DNA from: a bacterium
GTDB taxonomy: Bacteria; Patescibacteriota; Minisyncoccia; Phycocordibacterales; UBA5272
Assembly (NCBI GenBank): GCA_027482685.1
Contig: JAIXVU010000003.1
Location: forward strand, 38,065-102,064
DNA length: 64,000 nucleotides
Direction: 5' to 3'
The first letter of the stretch is position 1. Each line of letters starts with the position of its first letter. A program made the position numbers and the translations under genes. The notes beneath the pieces were generated by a model. The model was given only the letters and a program-made list of their open reading frames with translations, was not told the origin of the DNA and made no database searches. Shown piece after piece: positions 29,376 through 41,298 of the stretch.

Positions 29376-30686
29376 ATGATAAATATGCCGCCATTTAAAC
29401 AAGATCCAACAAACTCATCTCAAACAAATCAAGAGCCATACAGTAAAGCTAATGAAAAACTCGTTCCAGAAGGTCATCAATTTGAAAATCTTAGGAAGAC
29501 TCCAGAAGGTCTACTGTACTCATTATTACCTGACTATCATCCCGTCATTGAGCTAATAGCCAAAAATACAAAAATTACCGAGTCGCAAGCTCGAACTTTT
29601 TTTGAAATTGTTAGAGCGAGAGATGATGTCTATGAATATACCCACCGTAACGAATTCGATTTTGATAACGATGACGATACTTACAAGCACGCTAATTGTC
29701 CACGGAGAGGAAGTGGATTTATTGGTAAGTCGTCTAATTCTATTTCGGGTAAAACAGTGAATGAGAGAATCGACTCTGCAATAGATGAGGAGTGGTCTAG
29801 ACATTACAGGATTAATAGAGATAGAACAGGGGAGCTCAAGGGTTCATTTGATTATCTAAGTAATAATATTTCGAAGAGTTTTTCTGATGCCTTTGAAGCT
29901 GTCTTTGACAATGAGAAAGGGGAGCTTATTTTGGTCGATAAAGGTGATTCCTATGAGTTCAGTTTTAAAGATAAATTAGTAGAAGTTTGTGTCTACGCTG
30001 ATGGAGAGGCTAAGGTTATGGTCGGAAAAGAAGGAGAGAATATTAGTGTGCTATTCAATTATAGTTATACTGGCTATAGTATTCTTAAAAAAGGCGAGTA
30101 TACTTCAAATGACGTTTTTTATTTGGAAACACTCTACAAATCCTTTGAAAGTGCAGTGAGAAACCTCTCAGCAAGTGATAGTCGTCATAATGACTTACGA
30201 AATACTCGAAATTTTGGTTTAGGTCATAAATCTGATATGTTTTTTGAATTGATGGAAGGCGCTAAAGATGAGGAGGATTACTACGCTCGTCAAGAATCGG
30301 TAAAACTATTAGAGTTATTTGGTCTGAGATTTGATAATCATTTTAGAAGTAAGTTAAGGAAAATAAGACTTACTATGCGTGACCTGCGTAGAACTGGTCT
30401 TGATAATTTTGATGCAATTGATTCGAAGGATTTGTTTGCATCAGAAGAACTCACTTCTTTCTTCGAAGAGAATAAAAAATTGACCGAAGGTTTTGAGTTT
30501 GATGTTGTTATTCTAAATAAGCAAGAACAATCCGTTGTCAAGATGGTGCAAATTTTACAAACGAATACGAACAGAAACTCATCTCGATATAACAAACCAG
30601 ATGATGAAATGGGGATCGTTTACATGACAGAAGAAGAATTTAACAAATTTGCTGAATACACAAGGACAAATTATTTAAAAGCATAG
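29376..30686 (+). CDS. Hypothetical protein inserted between rpsL and rpsG
   Basis: 436-aa ORF with no recognised motif. Confidence 0.75.
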   Translation: MINMPPFKQDPTNSSQTNQEPYSKANEKLVPEGHQFENLRKTPEGLLYSLLPDYHPVIELIAKNTKITESQARTFFEIVRARDDVYEYTHRNEFDFDNDDDTYKHANCPRRGSGFIGKSSNSISGKTVNERIDSAIDEEWSRHYRINRDRTGELKGSFDYLSNNISKSFSDAFEAVFDNEKGELILVDKGDSYEFSFKDKLVEVCVYADGEAKVMVGKEGENISVLFNYSYTGYSILKKGEYTSNDVFYLETLYKSFESAVRNLSASDSRHNDLRNTRNFGLGHKSDMFFELMEGAKDEEDYYARQESVKLLELFGLRFDNHFRSKLRKIRLTMRDLRRTGLDNFDAIDSKDLFASEELTSFFEENKKLTEGFEFDVVILNKQEQSVVKMVQILQTNTNRNSSRYNKPDDEMGIVYMTEEEFNKFAEYTRTNYLKA

Positions 30687-30929
30687 TACATACAGTGCAT
30701 ACAAAATTCATCCGAGGGTCGCGTTTTGCTATTTATAGTATTTTATTGTAGTATAGAAAACACTCGTTTAGAGTAACGAAAGCGCTACCTTATTAAACAT
30801 TTCACGGAGTACCATAGCTTTCTGGGAACGAACGTGAGACAAACTAGTAATTAGTTAATAATTAATAGTCGAAACAAAAGCTTTGCTTTTGTTTCCCAAA
30901 AACCATTAACCATTAACCGTTAATCAAAA

Positions 30930-31400
30930 ATGCGAAGAAAAGTTAAAAATCGAAATATAGTAGGACCAGACGGAAAGTACAACTCTGTAAAGGTTGGAAA
31001 GTTTATTAACTATGTGATGATTGGAGGTAAGAAGTCAATTGCGCAGGATATTGTGTATGGTGCCTTTGATGTAATTAAAGAAAAGATGAAAGTTGAAGAC
31101 CCTCTTGAAATCTTCAATCAAGCACTTAATAACGCAGGGCCTCTTACGGAAGTTCGCTCACGCCGTATCGGAGGCGCTAACTACCAAGTGCCACGTGAAG
31201 TACGTGAAGAGAGGCGCTTCATGCTCGCACTTCGCTGGATACTAGAAGCTGCAAATAACAAGAAGGGTAAGGCAATGCGCCTTAAGCTCGCGGATGAACT
31301 CATGGCAGCTGCAAATAACGAAGGTAGTGCTGTGAAGAAGAAAGAAGATACTCACAGAATGGCAGAAGCAAACAAGGCATTTGCACACTTTGCATGGTAA
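30930..31400 (+). CDS. rpsG: 30S ribosomal protein S7
   Basis: [23 protein letters not shown]. Confidence 0.98.
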   Translation: MRRKVKNRNIVGPDGKYNSVKVGKFINYVMIGGKKSIAQDIVYGAFDVIKEKMKVEDPLEIFNQALNNAGPLTEVRSRRIGGANYQVPREVREERRFMLALRWILEAANNKKGKAMRLKLADELMAAANNEGSAVKKKEDTHRMAEANKAFAHFAW

Positions 31401-31411
31401 TCTTGTTTCTA

Positions 31412-31476
31412 TAAAGAAAATTTTTAATCCATGCATTGTACTTGTAGTACATCGTGGTCTTAAAAATTTCTTTGCC
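31412..31476. repeat. Nested hairpin element (copy C, partial, after rpsG)
   Basis: aaagaaaatttttaa-tccatgcatt-GTAC-N5-GTAC-atcgtggtc-ttaaaaatttcttt-gcctt. Confidence 0.7.
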
Positions 31477-31520
31477 TTTCATTTTATCTAAAATGAGAAA
31501 AATAGATAAAACTAGAATTC

Positions 31521-31561
31521 AAATACAAAGAGCGATACCGTAGGTATCGCTCTTTGTATTT
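31521..31561. terminator. REP-like palindrome
   Basis: aaatacaaagagcgatacc-gta-ggtatcgctctttgtattt. Confidence 0.75.
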
Positions 31562-31645
31562 AAGCTCGTAACTACCTGTAATTGCCTAGTAGTCATTGGG
31601 GGTGTATGATATGGAGGTGTTAAACAACGTATAAGGGGAATCCTT

Positions 31646-31876
31646 ATGAAAATCGCAGTTTGGGTACTTTCTACGGTGCTTGCTATCTCGCTTGCTGCCA
31701 ATATCTTGCAGGCCTACGGGTATGTGAGATTCGGTAAAGCGGTGACATGCACCCAAAGAGGGCAACCACTAGTGCGTGGCACAGGCCACATGGTGTATAC
31801 AATATTGAGGAAGTCGTCCTTGTTATTGCAAATGGCCATGTGGCCTTTAGTATGTCGTATTACTGCACTTCCTTAG
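31646..31876 (+). CDS. Small hypothetical protein with signal peptide, possibly frameshifted
   Basis: Hydrophobic N-terminus, SD-like AAGGGG, upstream TATGAT. Confidence 0.45.
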   Translation: MKIAVWVLSTVLAISLAANILQAYGYVRFGKAVTCTQRGQPLVRGTGHMVYTILRKSSLLLQMAMWPLVCRITALP

Positions 31877-32003
31877 TCATTTTTTTTATGATAGTATTGT
31901 AACTACTGCACAAGCGGTTTTTTATTTTCTATTGATGCGTTTTGCGAAGCAAAACGCATCAAATAAACCATTAACTATTAACCATTAACTATCAATTATC
32001 ACC

Positions 32004-34148
32004 ATGGCTCGCGACTATCCACTAAATAAAACACGTAACTTTGGAGTTATTGCTCATATCGACGCTGGTAAAACAACTACTACCGAGCGTATTCTGTTCT
32101 ATACTGGTGTATCACACAAAATTGGTGAAGTGCACGATGGAGCAACCGTGATGGACTGGATGGAGCAAGAGCGTGAACGTGGTATTACTATTACATCAGC
32201 TGCAACAACGGCGTTCTGGAGTCCTACTTACATGCCAGCAAATGATGTTTCCAAGAAATGTCGTTTCAACATTATTGATACCCCTGGACACATCGACTTT
32301 ACTATTGAAGTGAAGCGATCACTTCGTGTGCTTGACGGTGCTGTTGTTGTTTTCGATGGAGTGGCAGGTGTTGAGCCACAGTCAGAAACTAACTGGAGAT
32401 ATGCATCTGATGCGATGGTGCCACGTATCTGCTACATCAACAAGCTTGATCGTATGGGTGCTAATTATGACAAAAGCTTCAACTCTATTATTGACAGACT
32501 TTCAAAGAAAGCTGTTCGTATGCACATGCCGATAGGAGAAGAAGAAAATTTTGATGGTATTATCGACCTGCTTACTATGAAGGAGGTTAAGTTTACAGGT
32601 GATAAAGGTAAGGATGTTTCATTTACAGAAATCCCTGCTGAGCTACTGGAGGAAGCGAAGAAGCGTCGTGCAGAAATGATAGAAAAAATCGTCGAGACTG
32701 ACGAGAACCTCATGACAGCCTATCTAGAAGGTAGAGAATTCTCTGTTGATGAACTTAAAGTAGCTATTCGTAAAGCAACTATTGCAAATGAACTTTTCCC
32801 TGTGTTCTGTGGATCATCACTTAAGAATCGTGGAGTACAACTCGTGCTAGACGCGGTAGTTGATTACCTACCATCACCTCTTGATATTGCGGCCCCTAAG
32901 GGAATCGATCCTACTACAGGAGATACTATTGAAGTAGAGGTGTCAGACACTGCGCCGTTTGCAGCACTTGCATTTAAGTCTATGGCAGACCCGTTCGTTG
33001 GGCAGCTTACATTCTTCCGAGTGTACTCAGGAACTCTTGAAGCTGGAAGTTATATCTATAACTCGACCAAAGACAAGAAAGAGCGTGTATCTCGTATCCT
33101 TCGTATGCATGCAAATGAACGAGAAGAAGTAAAAACCGTATACGCTGGAGAAATTGCAGCAGCCGTTGGACTCAAGGATACTATTACCTCAGATACTATG
33201 TGTAGCGAGGATAAGCCAATTGTACTTGAAAAAATTGTCGTTCCAGAACCTGTTATCTCAATGCGTGTAGAGCCGAAAACAAAAGCTGATCAAGAAAAGA
33301 TGGGTATTGCGCTTTCTAAGCTTGCAATCGAAGATCCAACATTTCGTGTGACGTCTGATGAAGAAACACTCGAAACAATTATCTCAGGAATGGGTGAACT
33401 ACACCTCGATATTATTGTTGATCGTATGAAGCGTGAGTTTAACGTAGAGGCAAACACAGGCAAGCCACAAGTTGCATACAAAGAAACAATACAGGGAAGT
33501 GCGTCAGGTGAAGGAAAGTATATCAAGCAGTCAGGAGGTCGTGGGCAGTATGGTCACGTGAAGATTAATATCAAACCGATTGATTATAGTATTAAAGATG
33601 AAGATTTACCAAAAGCAGTAAAGCGCTATGACAGTTTTGAGTTCATCAATTCCATTAAAGGTGGAGCAATCCCTCAGGAGTATGTACCAGCTGTAGAAAA
33701 AGGACTTCGTGAGTCTATGGACCGTGGAACACTTGCGGGCTTTAAGATGGTAGATGTATCATGTGAGGTGTATGACGGATCATTCCACGAAGTGGACTCA
33801 TCAGAAATCGCCTTTAAGCTAGCAGCAGGGATGGCGCTTGCTGATGCTGTTTCAAAAGCAAAGCCAGTAATTCTTGAGCCAATCATGAAAGTAGAGATAG
33901 TTACACCGGATAAGTTCTACGGGGATATCACAGGAAACATTTCTTCTAAGCGTGGACAGATAGAAGGGATGGGTGATAGAGGACAGGATAAAGTAGTGAA
34001 TGCTATGGTGCCACTATCTGAAATGTTCGGGTATGTTAACTCACTTCGTTCGATGACAGAAGGGCGAGCAAGCTTCACGATGGAGTTCGGAAGATATGAT
34101 GTTGTTCCTCAGAACATTGCGAAAGATATCGCAGAGAACAAAAAGTAA
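32004..34148 (+). CDS. fusA: Elongation factor G
   Basis: [25 protein letters not shown]. Confidence 0.99.
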   Translation: MARDYPLNKTRNFGVIAHIDAGKTTTTERILFYTGVSHKIGEVHDGATVMDWMEQERERGITITSAATTAFWSPTYMPANDVSKKCRFNIIDTPGHIDFTIEVKRSLRVLDGAVVVFDGVAGVEPQSETNWRYASDAMVPRICYINKLDRMGANYDKSFNSIIDRLSKKAVRMHMPIGEEENFDGIIDLLTMKEVKFTGDKGKDVSFTEIPAELLEEAKKRRAEMIEKIVETDENLMTAYLEGREFSVDELKVAIRKATIANELFPVFCGSSLKNRGVQLVLDAVVDYLPSPLDIAAPKGIDPTTGDTIEVEVSDTAPFAALAFKSMADPFVGQLTFFRVYSGTLEAGSYIYNSTKDKKERVSRILRMHANEREEVKTVYAGEIAAAVGLKDTITSDTMCSEDKPIVLEKIVVPEPVISMRVEPKTKADQEKMGIALSKLAIEDPTFRVTSDEETLETIISGMGELHLDIIVDRMKREFNVEANTGKPQVAYKETIQGSASGEGKYIKQSGGRGQYGHVKINIKPIDYSIKDEDLPKAVKRYDSFEFINSIKGGAIPQEYVPAVEKGLRESMDRGTLAGFKMVDVSCEVYDGSFHEVDSSEIAFKLAAGMALADAVSKAKPVILEPIMKVEIVTPDKFYGDITGNISSKRGQIEGMGDRGQDKVVNAMVPLSEMFGYVNSLRSMTEGRASFTMEFGRYDVVPQNIAKDIAENKK

Positions 34149-34261
34149 TAAATCGCGAATCTACTTTGTCGAGCGCATGTTTTTGTCAGTCGCCGTAGGT
34201 CTACTACGTCTTCCTCCAAAAACATGCGCTCTTCGCGTATCTTCATTGATGTATTATTTTT
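34140..34261. repeat. Nested hairpin element (copy D, after fusA)
   Basis: tctactttgtc-gagcgcatgtttttg...caaaaacatgcgct-cttcgcgtatct. Confidence 0.8.
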
Positions 34262-34293
34262 TATAAATTCTGAGGGAATTAGTATAAATGGAA

Positions 34294-34330
34294 ATACAAT
34301 AAACGACGCCTACGGCGTCGTTTATTGTAT
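34294..34330. terminator. REP-like palindrome
   Basis: atacaataaacgacgcc-tac-ggcgtcgtttattgtat. Confidence 0.75.
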
Positions 34331-34464
34331 GTATAGTATATCCACAGAACGTAAAGTTGACTTTACGTACGCACTCTATATACTATGTTAAGTGTGCTTT
34401 ACATTTGAAAAAGCACCTCATGAATACATTTACTAAGATACTAAAAATAACTAAAGATATTATT

Positions 34465-35520
34465 ATGAAAAAAATTATAGGAGTCAGCATACTTGTAACA
34501 TCACTTACACTTATGAATGCAAGTGCTATGAATGACATGAATTATGGTTCGCAAAAAGAAAAGAAGAATGAGTACAAGAAGTTTGAAAAGCATGAGAGTA
34601 ACTCACAAGGACTTGGAAAATTTACCTCTTCAGTAATGAAGCGAACAAAGGATAACGCTGGAGGAATGAGACTTATGTCACAAGATGTTGTGACTAATGT
34701 CGTACGAACACCAGGTCTCTCCACTCTTGGAGCAGCGGTACAGGCAGCAGGTCTTGTAGACACACTTAAAGGAACTGGGCCATTCACAGTATTTGCTCCA
34801 ACAAATCGTGCATTTAACGCACTTCCAGCAGGAACAGTTGCTAACCTTCTCAAGCCAGAGAACAAGAAACAGCTTACTGATATCTTGACCTATCACGTAG
34901 TTCCTGGAATCTACACTTCAGATGATATTAAAGATGGTATGACATTAACAACGGTTCAAGGGGCAACACTTCTCTTTACAATACGAAACGGACAAGTCTT
35001 TATTAATGGCAAAGCAACCGTAGTCGCACCAGATGTTATTACTTCAAATGGAGTGATTCATGTGATCGGTAGTGTACTTCTCCCACCTGCACAACCAGTT
35101 GCACAGGCACCTGCGAAGGATATTATTGATACCGCCGTATCAGTGCCAGCATTTTCTACTCTTGTAACAGCCGTACAGACAGCTGGTCTTGTAGATACAT
35201 TAAAGGGAACAGGCCCATTCACGGTATTTGCTCCAGACAATGCAGCGTTTAATGCACTTCCTGAAGGAACTGTCGCTAACCTTCTCAAACCAGAGAACAA
35301 GGCAACTCTTACAGGTATTCTCACGTACCACGTTGTACCTGGTCTTCTTAAGGCATCTGATCTAAAAAATGGTCAAGTACTTACCACGGTAGCAGGTAAA
35401 ACTCTTACTGTCACCATAGCAAACGGTCAAGTATTGATAAACGGTATACGTGTTGCAACTCCAGATGTATTGACATCAAACGGCGTTGTTCATGGTATAG
35501 CTGGTGTACTTCTCCCGTAG
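34465..35520 (+). CDS. Secreted fasciclin (two FAS1 domains) protein
   Basis: Two near-identical GPFTVFAP...ILTYHVV...NGVIH repeats; signal peptide MKKIIG. Confidence 0.93.
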   Translation: MKKIIGVSILVTSLTLMNASAMNDMNYGSQKEKKNEYKKFEKHESNSQGLGKFTSSVMKRTKDNAGGMRLMSQDVVTNVVRTPGLSTLGAAVQAAGLVDTLKGTGPFTVFAPTNRAFNALPAGTVANLLKPENKKQLTDILTYHVVPGIYTSDDIKDGMTLTTVQGATLLFTIRNGQVFINGKATVVAPDVITSNGVIHVIGSVLLPPAQPVAQAPAKDIIDTAVSVPAFSTLVTAVQTAGLVDTLKGTGPFTVFAPDNAAFNALPEGTVANLLKPENKATLTGILTYHVVPGLLKASDLKNGQVLTTVAGKTLTVTIANGQVLINGIRVATPDVLTSNGVVHGIAGVLLP

Positions 35521-35634
35521 TTATTCGCGTTGTGTATAAAGTATGTACCCATAAAAGTATAGAAAGCTATACTTTTGTGGGTATTATACTGTATATACTA
35601 TACATGAATATTATTTAAGACAGCACTATTAAAT

Positions 35635-35832
35635 ATGAACAATGATGTAATGCACTTACGGCAAAAAAAAGGATGGACACAAGAAGAACTAGCTCAAAGA
35701 GTTCATGTCAGCAGGCAGACCATTATTTCTGTAGAAAAAGGGAATTATATTCCTAGTTTACTACTAGCACTTCATTTAGCAGAAGAGTTTGGTGTTTCGG
35801 TGGAAAAGCTTTTTTGGGTTAAAAAAAAGTAG
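35635..35832 (+). CDS. XRE-family HTH regulator
   Basis: TQEELAQRVHVSRQTIISVEKGNYIPSL; upstream palindrome aaaagtatag-aaag-ctatactttt. Confidence 0.92.
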   Translation: MNNDVMHLRQKKGWTQEELAQRVHVSRQTIISVEKGNYIPSLLLALHLAEEFGVSVEKLFWVKKK

Positions 35833-35874
35833 TATAATAATATACACGATTTACGTGTTACTACTATTTAGCAT

Positions 35875-36240
35875 ATGCAAAAGACATTTTATGCAGAGGT
35901 TACTCTTTTAACATTACTTAGTACTGTTTTGCTTTTCTTGCTTAACCCTTTTGACATGATGATGCAAATCATGCTCTCAGTAGGAGTTGTAGCGCTATTA
36001 GTGATTTTATATATTACAAAGTTTATTATTATTTGGCGTGAAAAAGATCAAGATGAGCGTGATGCAAGCCATAGATTTTATTCCTCGTGGGTATCTTACG
36101 CTGTAACTTCGGTATTGTTATTTGTCGGTATTGTTGTGGAAGGTCTATCAGGGAATGTTAATACATGGCTTATTATTGCGTTTTCTGGATTACTTATTTC
36201 TAAGTTATGCGCACTTGTTTATTTGAGGATATATAAATAG
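35875..36240 (+). CDS. Hypothetical membrane protein (DER motif), typical XRE partner
   Basis: Four TM helices; QDERD. Confidence 0.75.
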   Translation: MQKTFYAEVTLLTLLSTVLLFLLNPFDMMMQIMLSVGVVALLVILYITKFIIIWREKDQDERDASHRFYSSWVSYAVTSVLLFVGIVVEGLSGNVNTWLIIAFSGLLISKLCALVYLRIYK

Positions 36241-36302
36241 TCGTAGGCATCTGTTGATAACACATGAGGTGTATATAAGTACTTTTAGTATACTAAAGCA
36301 TA

Positions 36303-37466
36303 ATGAAAAATCTAGTTCGTATACTTTTCCCCTTAGCCCTAGTTATATATGTTAATGCTGTGTACGCTCAAATGCCGGTCACAACATCATCTGATCAGGT
36401 CCAGATAATAAGACCACAAGAGGTTTCTTCTATCATTGTTGCCGATGTTAGCCTGACTGATGTTACATTCAAACGAGAATCTGATAACAAGATTACAGGT
36501 AGTTTCTCTCTCGTAAGCGAAATGGGAAAGCAAAATGATATAGTTTACGGAATGCATGTTATTGACGGTATGGGTAATATCGTAGATGCGTCCTCTCTAG
36601 GTAAAGTTGCAACTATACGTGAAGGGGAGATAGTCCGACGCAACTTTTCATACTCTATTCCTCCATATATATCAGGGGATAACCTTTCATTTGATCTCGT
36701 CGCAGAGACTACTGGAGGACTTCCTCTCGGGTCGCAAAAGCTACTACAAAATGTTTCCATCCCAGGAGTAGCTTCACTCCTTACATGTACAAATAAAAAT
36801 AGACAAGAGATATCTTGTGTTTCTACTATAGATACAACCCTTGTTATCGGGTATCATGTAGCATCTCCGCTTGGAAAAAACATCGTAAATAAAGAGCTTC
36901 CAGTACGAAAAAATACACCAACACCTCTCCCGGTTACATCAATTCCACCAGGAAGATATTACGTAGACGTTTTTACAAAAGATGGTAACGGCCATGCTCT
37001 TGCTTCATTTGTGGTACAAGGCTCATACGGAAATATTTTGAATACATCTATTTCTGAACTATCAGAAGGTAAGATTCTTGTAATTACAACGGTAAATGCT
37101 TCTCCTTCAAAAGGCATACAAGTTAAAAATACCATCACAGATGACAGCGGTAGAATGTGTACATCTGATCAGGTTGATGCAAGTACTTTTTTTGCAAGAC
37201 AAGAATTTCTGACTGATTGTAGGAAAGGTGCTGTTATTACCACCCTCCTCTCATCATCTGGGGTAGTGTTAAGTAGCTCTACTAATCCTTTCGATATACA
37301 GCGATATGTACAGCAATCTACAACTTCCCCATTAATTACTGAAAAAAATACAACATCTTTACGGCCTTCGCCATATCAACAGATTGCCATAGGCTTGTTT
37401 GTTGGTATTATTGCTGTAACATTCTTTTCTTTTATGAGACGTGTACGTGTGAAAGAATCATTATAA
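36303..37466 (+). CDS. Hypothetical surface protein
   Basis: Signal peptide, beta-rich S/T body, C-terminal TM helix plus basic tail. Confidence 0.75.
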   Translation: MKNLVRILFPLALVIYVNAVYAQMPVTTSSDQVQIIRPQEVSSIIVADVSLTDVTFKRESDNKITGSFSLVSEMGKQNDIVYGMHVIDGMGNIVDASSLGKVATIREGEIVRRNFSYSIPPYISGDNLSFDLVAETTGGLPLGSQKLLQNVSIPGVASLLTCTNKNRQEISCVSTIDTTLVIGYHVASPLGKNIVNKELPVRKNTPTPLPVTSIPPGRYYVDVFTKDGNGHALASFVVQGSYGNILNTSISELSEGKILVITTVNASPSKGIQVKNTITDDSGRMCTSDQVDASTFFARQEFLTDCRKGAVITTLLSSSGVVLSSSTNPFDIQRYVQQSTTSPLITEKNTTSLRPSPYQQIAIGLFVGIIAVTFFSFMRRVRVKESL

Positions 37467-37479
37467 GATATTTTTATAT

Positions 37480-38124
37480 ATGACACATACTTACTATAGA
37501 TATATTCGACGAAACAACTTAATTGCACTTGTGATTGCATATACGGTATTTTCACTCTTATCTTTTTCACATGCGCAAGCGCTTACTCAGTATACTTACC
37601 TCATCTCTCCGTCAAGTGGTGAATTTGCTTGGACATGTAGAACAACGTCCAATCCGGACAGATCTTCATATCTTCCTGGGCAAACTGCAACCATAGTCGT
37701 GAGTGGCTCAATTATGTATGATGCAGGAGCTCCAACATCAGGTACCGGCAACTGTCTTGTATATCTTTTTAATAATACAAGTAATACTGGACCAGCATTT
37801 GATACAGAAGCAACTTCATATGGATCAACAATGATAGCAAATACTGGAACTTTCCCAGCATCTGGCCCTATATCTCGTACATTTAGTGGTAGTTATTCGT
37901 TTACTGTGCCTGCAAGCATGTCTCCTGGATCACATACTGTACGTTTTCTTACAACTGCAGTAGGTGGAACTGTAGGTGGAGGGTCGGCTTCAGGTGTTCC
38001 TTCCGTCACAAATCCGCTCTCTTTTACAGTAACGTCTCCAGTACCACCTCCAACCGTAATACTTTTTTTCTCATTCGGGCAAATCCTCAATCTCTTTACT
38101 GAAAAGCTTTTTGCAAGTTCTTAG
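37480..38124 (+). CDS. Hypothetical secreted Ig-like protein
   Basis: Signal peptide (AQA), S/T/G-rich beta sequence. Confidence 0.7.
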   Translation: MTHTYYRYIRRNNLIALVIAYTVFSLLSFSHAQALTQYTYLISPSSGEFAWTCRTTSNPDRSSYLPGQTATIVVSGSIMYDAGAPTSGTGNCLVYLFNNTSNTGPAFDTEATSYGSTMIANTGTFPASGPISRTFSGSYSFTVPASMSPGSHTVRFLTTAVGGTVGGGSASGVPSVTNPLSFTVTSPVPPPTVILFFSFGQILNLFTEKLFASS

Positions 38125-38348
38125 TATTTACTTTGCATAATACAAATGTTACATATCATAGTGCTTGCGAATATTGTATCTGTGTGATATGATTGCAGGA
38201 CTGACTTAGCATCTACTGTTCTTGCTTGGCTAAGTAGTGCAATTATTATTCGTGTTATATTAGTTTCTCTTTATTATATTTAATAGTCCAATACCCCTAT
38301 AACATTTTGTTTACAAAATGTACGGGCGGCAAGACCCAACAAAAACAT

Positions 38349-39545
38349 ATGGCAGCAGAAAACTTCGATCGTTCAAAACCACACGTAAACGTAGGAACCA
38401 TTGGTCACGTTGACCACGGAAAGACCACTCTTACAGCGGGTATCCTTAACGTACTTCACCTAAAAGATCAGTCTATCAAGACAAAAGGTGTTGATGATAT
38501 TGATAAGGCACCAGAAGAAAAAGCTCGTGGTATTACTATTTCTCTTTCTCACTCAGAGTACTGGACAGATGCTCGTCACTATGCACACATCGATGCTCCA
38601 GGGCACGCTGACTATATTAAGAACATGATTACAGGTGCCGCACAGATGGACGGTGCTATCCTCGTGGTAGCTGCAACTGATGGTCCTATGCCACAAACAC
38701 GTGAACACATCCTCCTAGCCAAGCAGGTGGGTGTACCTCGTATCGTGGTTTTCCTTAACAAGTGCGATATGGTTGAAGATCAGGAAATGATTGAACTTGT
38801 TGAAGAAGAAATCCGTGAACTCCTTACAAAGCAAGGATTTGATGGTGCTAATACACCTATCATCCGTGGCTCAGGACTCAAGGCATCAGTCGCGACTGAT
38901 ATTAACGATCCATGGGCGCAGAAGATTGTTGAGCTCATGAACGCACTTGATACCTATATTCCAGTACCAGAACGTGATACTGCAAAGCCATTCCTTATGC
39001 CAGTAGAAGATATCTTCACTATCGAAGGACGTGGAACTGTAGTAACAGGACGTATCGAGCGTGGAGTACTTAAGCTTAACGAAGAAATCGAAATCGTTGG
39101 TCTTAAAGATACAGTAAAGACAGTGGTAACTGGTATTGAGATGTTTAATAAGTCTCTTCCAGAAGGACAGGCGGGAGATAACGCAGGTATTCTTATCCGT
39201 GGTATTAAGAAGGAAGATATTCTCCGTGGACAAGTTCTTGCAAAGCCGGGATCTGTAAAGCCACACACAGATTTCGAATGTGAGGTATACATCCTTAAGA
39301 AAGAAGAAGGTGGACGACACACTCCTTTCCTTAATGGTTACAAGCCACAGTTCTACGTACGCACGACTGACGTAACTGGAGAAGTAACACTCCCAGCTGG
39401 AACAGAAATGGTTATGCCAGGGGACACTATGAAGTTCACAGTTAAGCTTCTCGCTCCAATCGCTCTTGAGGAACAGGGACGTTTCGCTATCCGTGAAGGA
39501 GGCAAGACAGTTGGTGCGGGTGTCGTAACAAAGATAATCGCCTAG
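38349..39545 (+). CDS. tuf: Elongation factor Tu
   Basis: [18 protein letters not shown]. Confidence 0.99.
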   Translation: MAAENFDRSKPHVNVGTIGHVDHGKTTLTAGILNVLHLKDQSIKTKGVDDIDKAPEEKARGITISLSHSEYWTDARHYAHIDAPGHADYIKNMITGAAQMDGAILVVAATDGPMPQTREHILLAKQVGVPRIVVFLNKCDMVEDQEMIELVEEEIRELLTKQGFDGANTPIIRGSGLKASVATDINDPWAQKIVELMNALDTYIPVPERDTAKPFLMPVEDIFTIEGRGTVVTGRIERGVLKLNEEIEIVGLKDTVKTVVTGIEMFNKSLPEGQAGDNAGILIRGIKKEDILRGQVLAKPGSVKPHTDFECEVYILKKEEGGRHTPFLNGYKPQFYVRTTDVTGEVTLPAGTEMVMPGDTMKFTVKLLAPIALEEQGRFAIREGGKTVGAGVVTKIIA

Positions 39546-39586
39546 ATCTAAGTGTTCTTTCGAAAGAAAGAACGTAATTACCAAGC

Positions 39587-39943
39587 ATGACAGCAGTTGC
39601 AACAAAAAAAGCTAGTAAAACGCCGAAAGTAGCAGAAGTGCAAAAGCTTCGCATTCGCGTTAGAGCATATGAGAGTAAAGTCTTAGATGCATCTGTTAAG
39701 CAGATAATCGATACAGCAAGACGCTTTGAAGCTACAATTCTTGGCCCTATCCCTCTCCCAACAGAGATCAAGAAATATACTGTTAACCGCGCATCGTTCG
39801 TGTATAAGGATGCTCGTGAGCAGTTTGAGATGCGTGTACATAAGCGTTTAGTTGACATCATCAACCCACAACCTAAGCTAATTGAAGCCCTCACTAATCT
39901 ATCACTTCCGTCAGGGGTTGATATTGATGTGAAAATGGCGTAG
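39587..39943 (+). CDS. rpsJ: 30S ribosomal protein S10
   Basis: LRIRVRAY, GPIPLPT, REQFEMRVHKR. Confidence 0.98.
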   Translation: MTAVATKKASKTPKVAEVQKLRIRVRAYESKVLDASVKQIIDTARRFEATILGPIPLPTEIKKYTVNRASFVYKDAREQFEMRVHKRLVDIINPQPKLIEALTNLSLPSGVDIDVKMA

Positions 39944-39988
39944 TATACAAGGTCAAATCACGAATCCGAAAAACCTTCAACAATCAGT

Positions 39989-40591
39989 ATGAAATTCACA
40001 CTCGCAACAAAGCAACATATGACAGAATTCTTTTCCGAAGATGGGAAAGTTCACCCTGCAACAATTCTAAAAGCAACACCACTTACCGTGACTGCTATTA
40101 AGAGTGTGGCAACTGACGGCTATGATGCTATTCAGGTAGGGAGTGGAGAGCAGAAAAAAGAACGTGTTTCAAAGGCTGTTCTTGGACATCTTAAAGGTTC
40201 TGCATATAAGGTTGTGAAAGAGTTTCGTACTCCAGGTGGAGACCTATCAGCTGGAGCAACGATAGCATGTGATATTTTCTCTAAAGGAGATGTTGTAACA
40301 GTATCAAGTATTTCAAAAGGAAAAGGTTTCCAGGGAGGTATGAAGCGTCATGGTATGCACGGAGGATGGCATCAGCATGGTCAGAAGCACTCAATGCGTG
40401 AAGTTGGTTCTATCGGTTCTACAGGCCAGCAGCGTGTTAACAAAGGTAAGCGTATGCCAGGAAGAATGGGTAGTGATCGCATTACACTTAAGAATGTAAC
40501 TATTCTTGACGTAGATGTTACTAATGGGATTCTTCTTGTTAAAGGAGCAGTCGCCGGTAAGCGTGGCACAGTAGTTGAAATAAAGGGGTAA
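39989..40591 (+). CDS. rplC: 50S ribosomal protein L3
   Basis: SKGKGFQG, KRMPGRMG. Confidence 0.97.
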   Translation: MKFTLATKQHMTEFFSEDGKVHPATILKATPLTVTAIKSVATDGYDAIQVGSGEQKKERVSKAVLGHLKGSAYKVVKEFRTPGGDLSAGATIACDIFSKGDVVTVSSISKGKGFQGGMKRHGMHGGWHQHGQKHSMREVGSIGSTGQQRVNKGKRMPGRMGSDRITLKNVTILDVDVTNGILLVKGAVAGKRGTVVEIKG

Positions 40592-40601
40592 TAATACAAG
40601 T

Positions 40602-41279
40602 ATGCAAGTAAACGTCTATACAATTGAAGGGAAAGTTAGTAAGAAGCTCGATGTTCCAGAGGTTATCTTTGGTGCGGAGTGGAATGCTGATCTTGTTGCA
40701 CAAGTTGTTAACTCACAAGCGTCTAATCGCCGCGCGGGTACAGCTCACACTAAGAATCGTGCTGAGGTTCGTGGTTCACACAAGAAGCCATGGAATCAAA
40801 AAGGTTCTGGTCGCGCTCGTCACGGTTCTGCTCAGTCTCCATTATGGAAGGGAGGAGGAGTAACATTTGGTCCACGCAACGAAAAGAATTATAAGAAAAC
40901 CATTCCTCGTGGTATGAAGGTTGCTGCTCTTTACTCACTTCTATCTGCTAAGCTTGCAGCTGGAAAGGTGATATTTGTTGATACTATTCCTGCACAAACT
41001 GGCAAGACAAAAGATGCCGATATTTCAATGAAAGGTCTCACAACAATAGAGGGATTCAAGACACTTTGCTATAAGAAACCTAACAACGTCTATATGACCG
41101 TGAGTAAAGGTGATGATATAACTAAGCGCGCATTCCGTAACCTGCCATATATGACACTTCATACTATGGATGATCTTAATCCGCTTGATATCGCTAATTC
41201 ACGTTACTTAGTTATAGCAAATCCAGAAGACACAATTGCCTATCTAACTTCTAAGCAAAAGACTGCAAAGGCAAAATAG
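40602..41279 (+). CDS. rplD: 50S ribosomal protein L4
   Basis: KPWNQKGSGRARHG, GGGVTFGP. Confidence 0.97.
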   Translation: MQVNVYTIEGKVSKKLDVPEVIFGAEWNADLVAQVVNSQASNRRAGTAHTKNRAEVRGSHKKPWNQKGSGRARHGSAQSPLWKGGGVTFGPRNEKNYKKTIPRGMKVAALYSLLSAKLAAGKVIFVDTIPAQTGKTKDADISMKGLTTIEGFKTLCYKKPNNVYMTVSKGDDITKRAFRNLPYMTLHTMDDLNPLDIANSRYLVIANPEDTIAYLTSKQKTAKAK

Positions 41280-41298
41280 TATAAGTAATTAACAGTAT

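Noticed and set aside
34690-35517. Long direct repeat
   Set aside because: Ordinary duplication of the FAS1 domain within one gene; no RT or adenine-specific variation suggesting a DGR was noticed.
38886-39894. Long antisense ORFs over tuf and rpsJ
   Set aside because: Typical antisense shadows of highly expressed genes.
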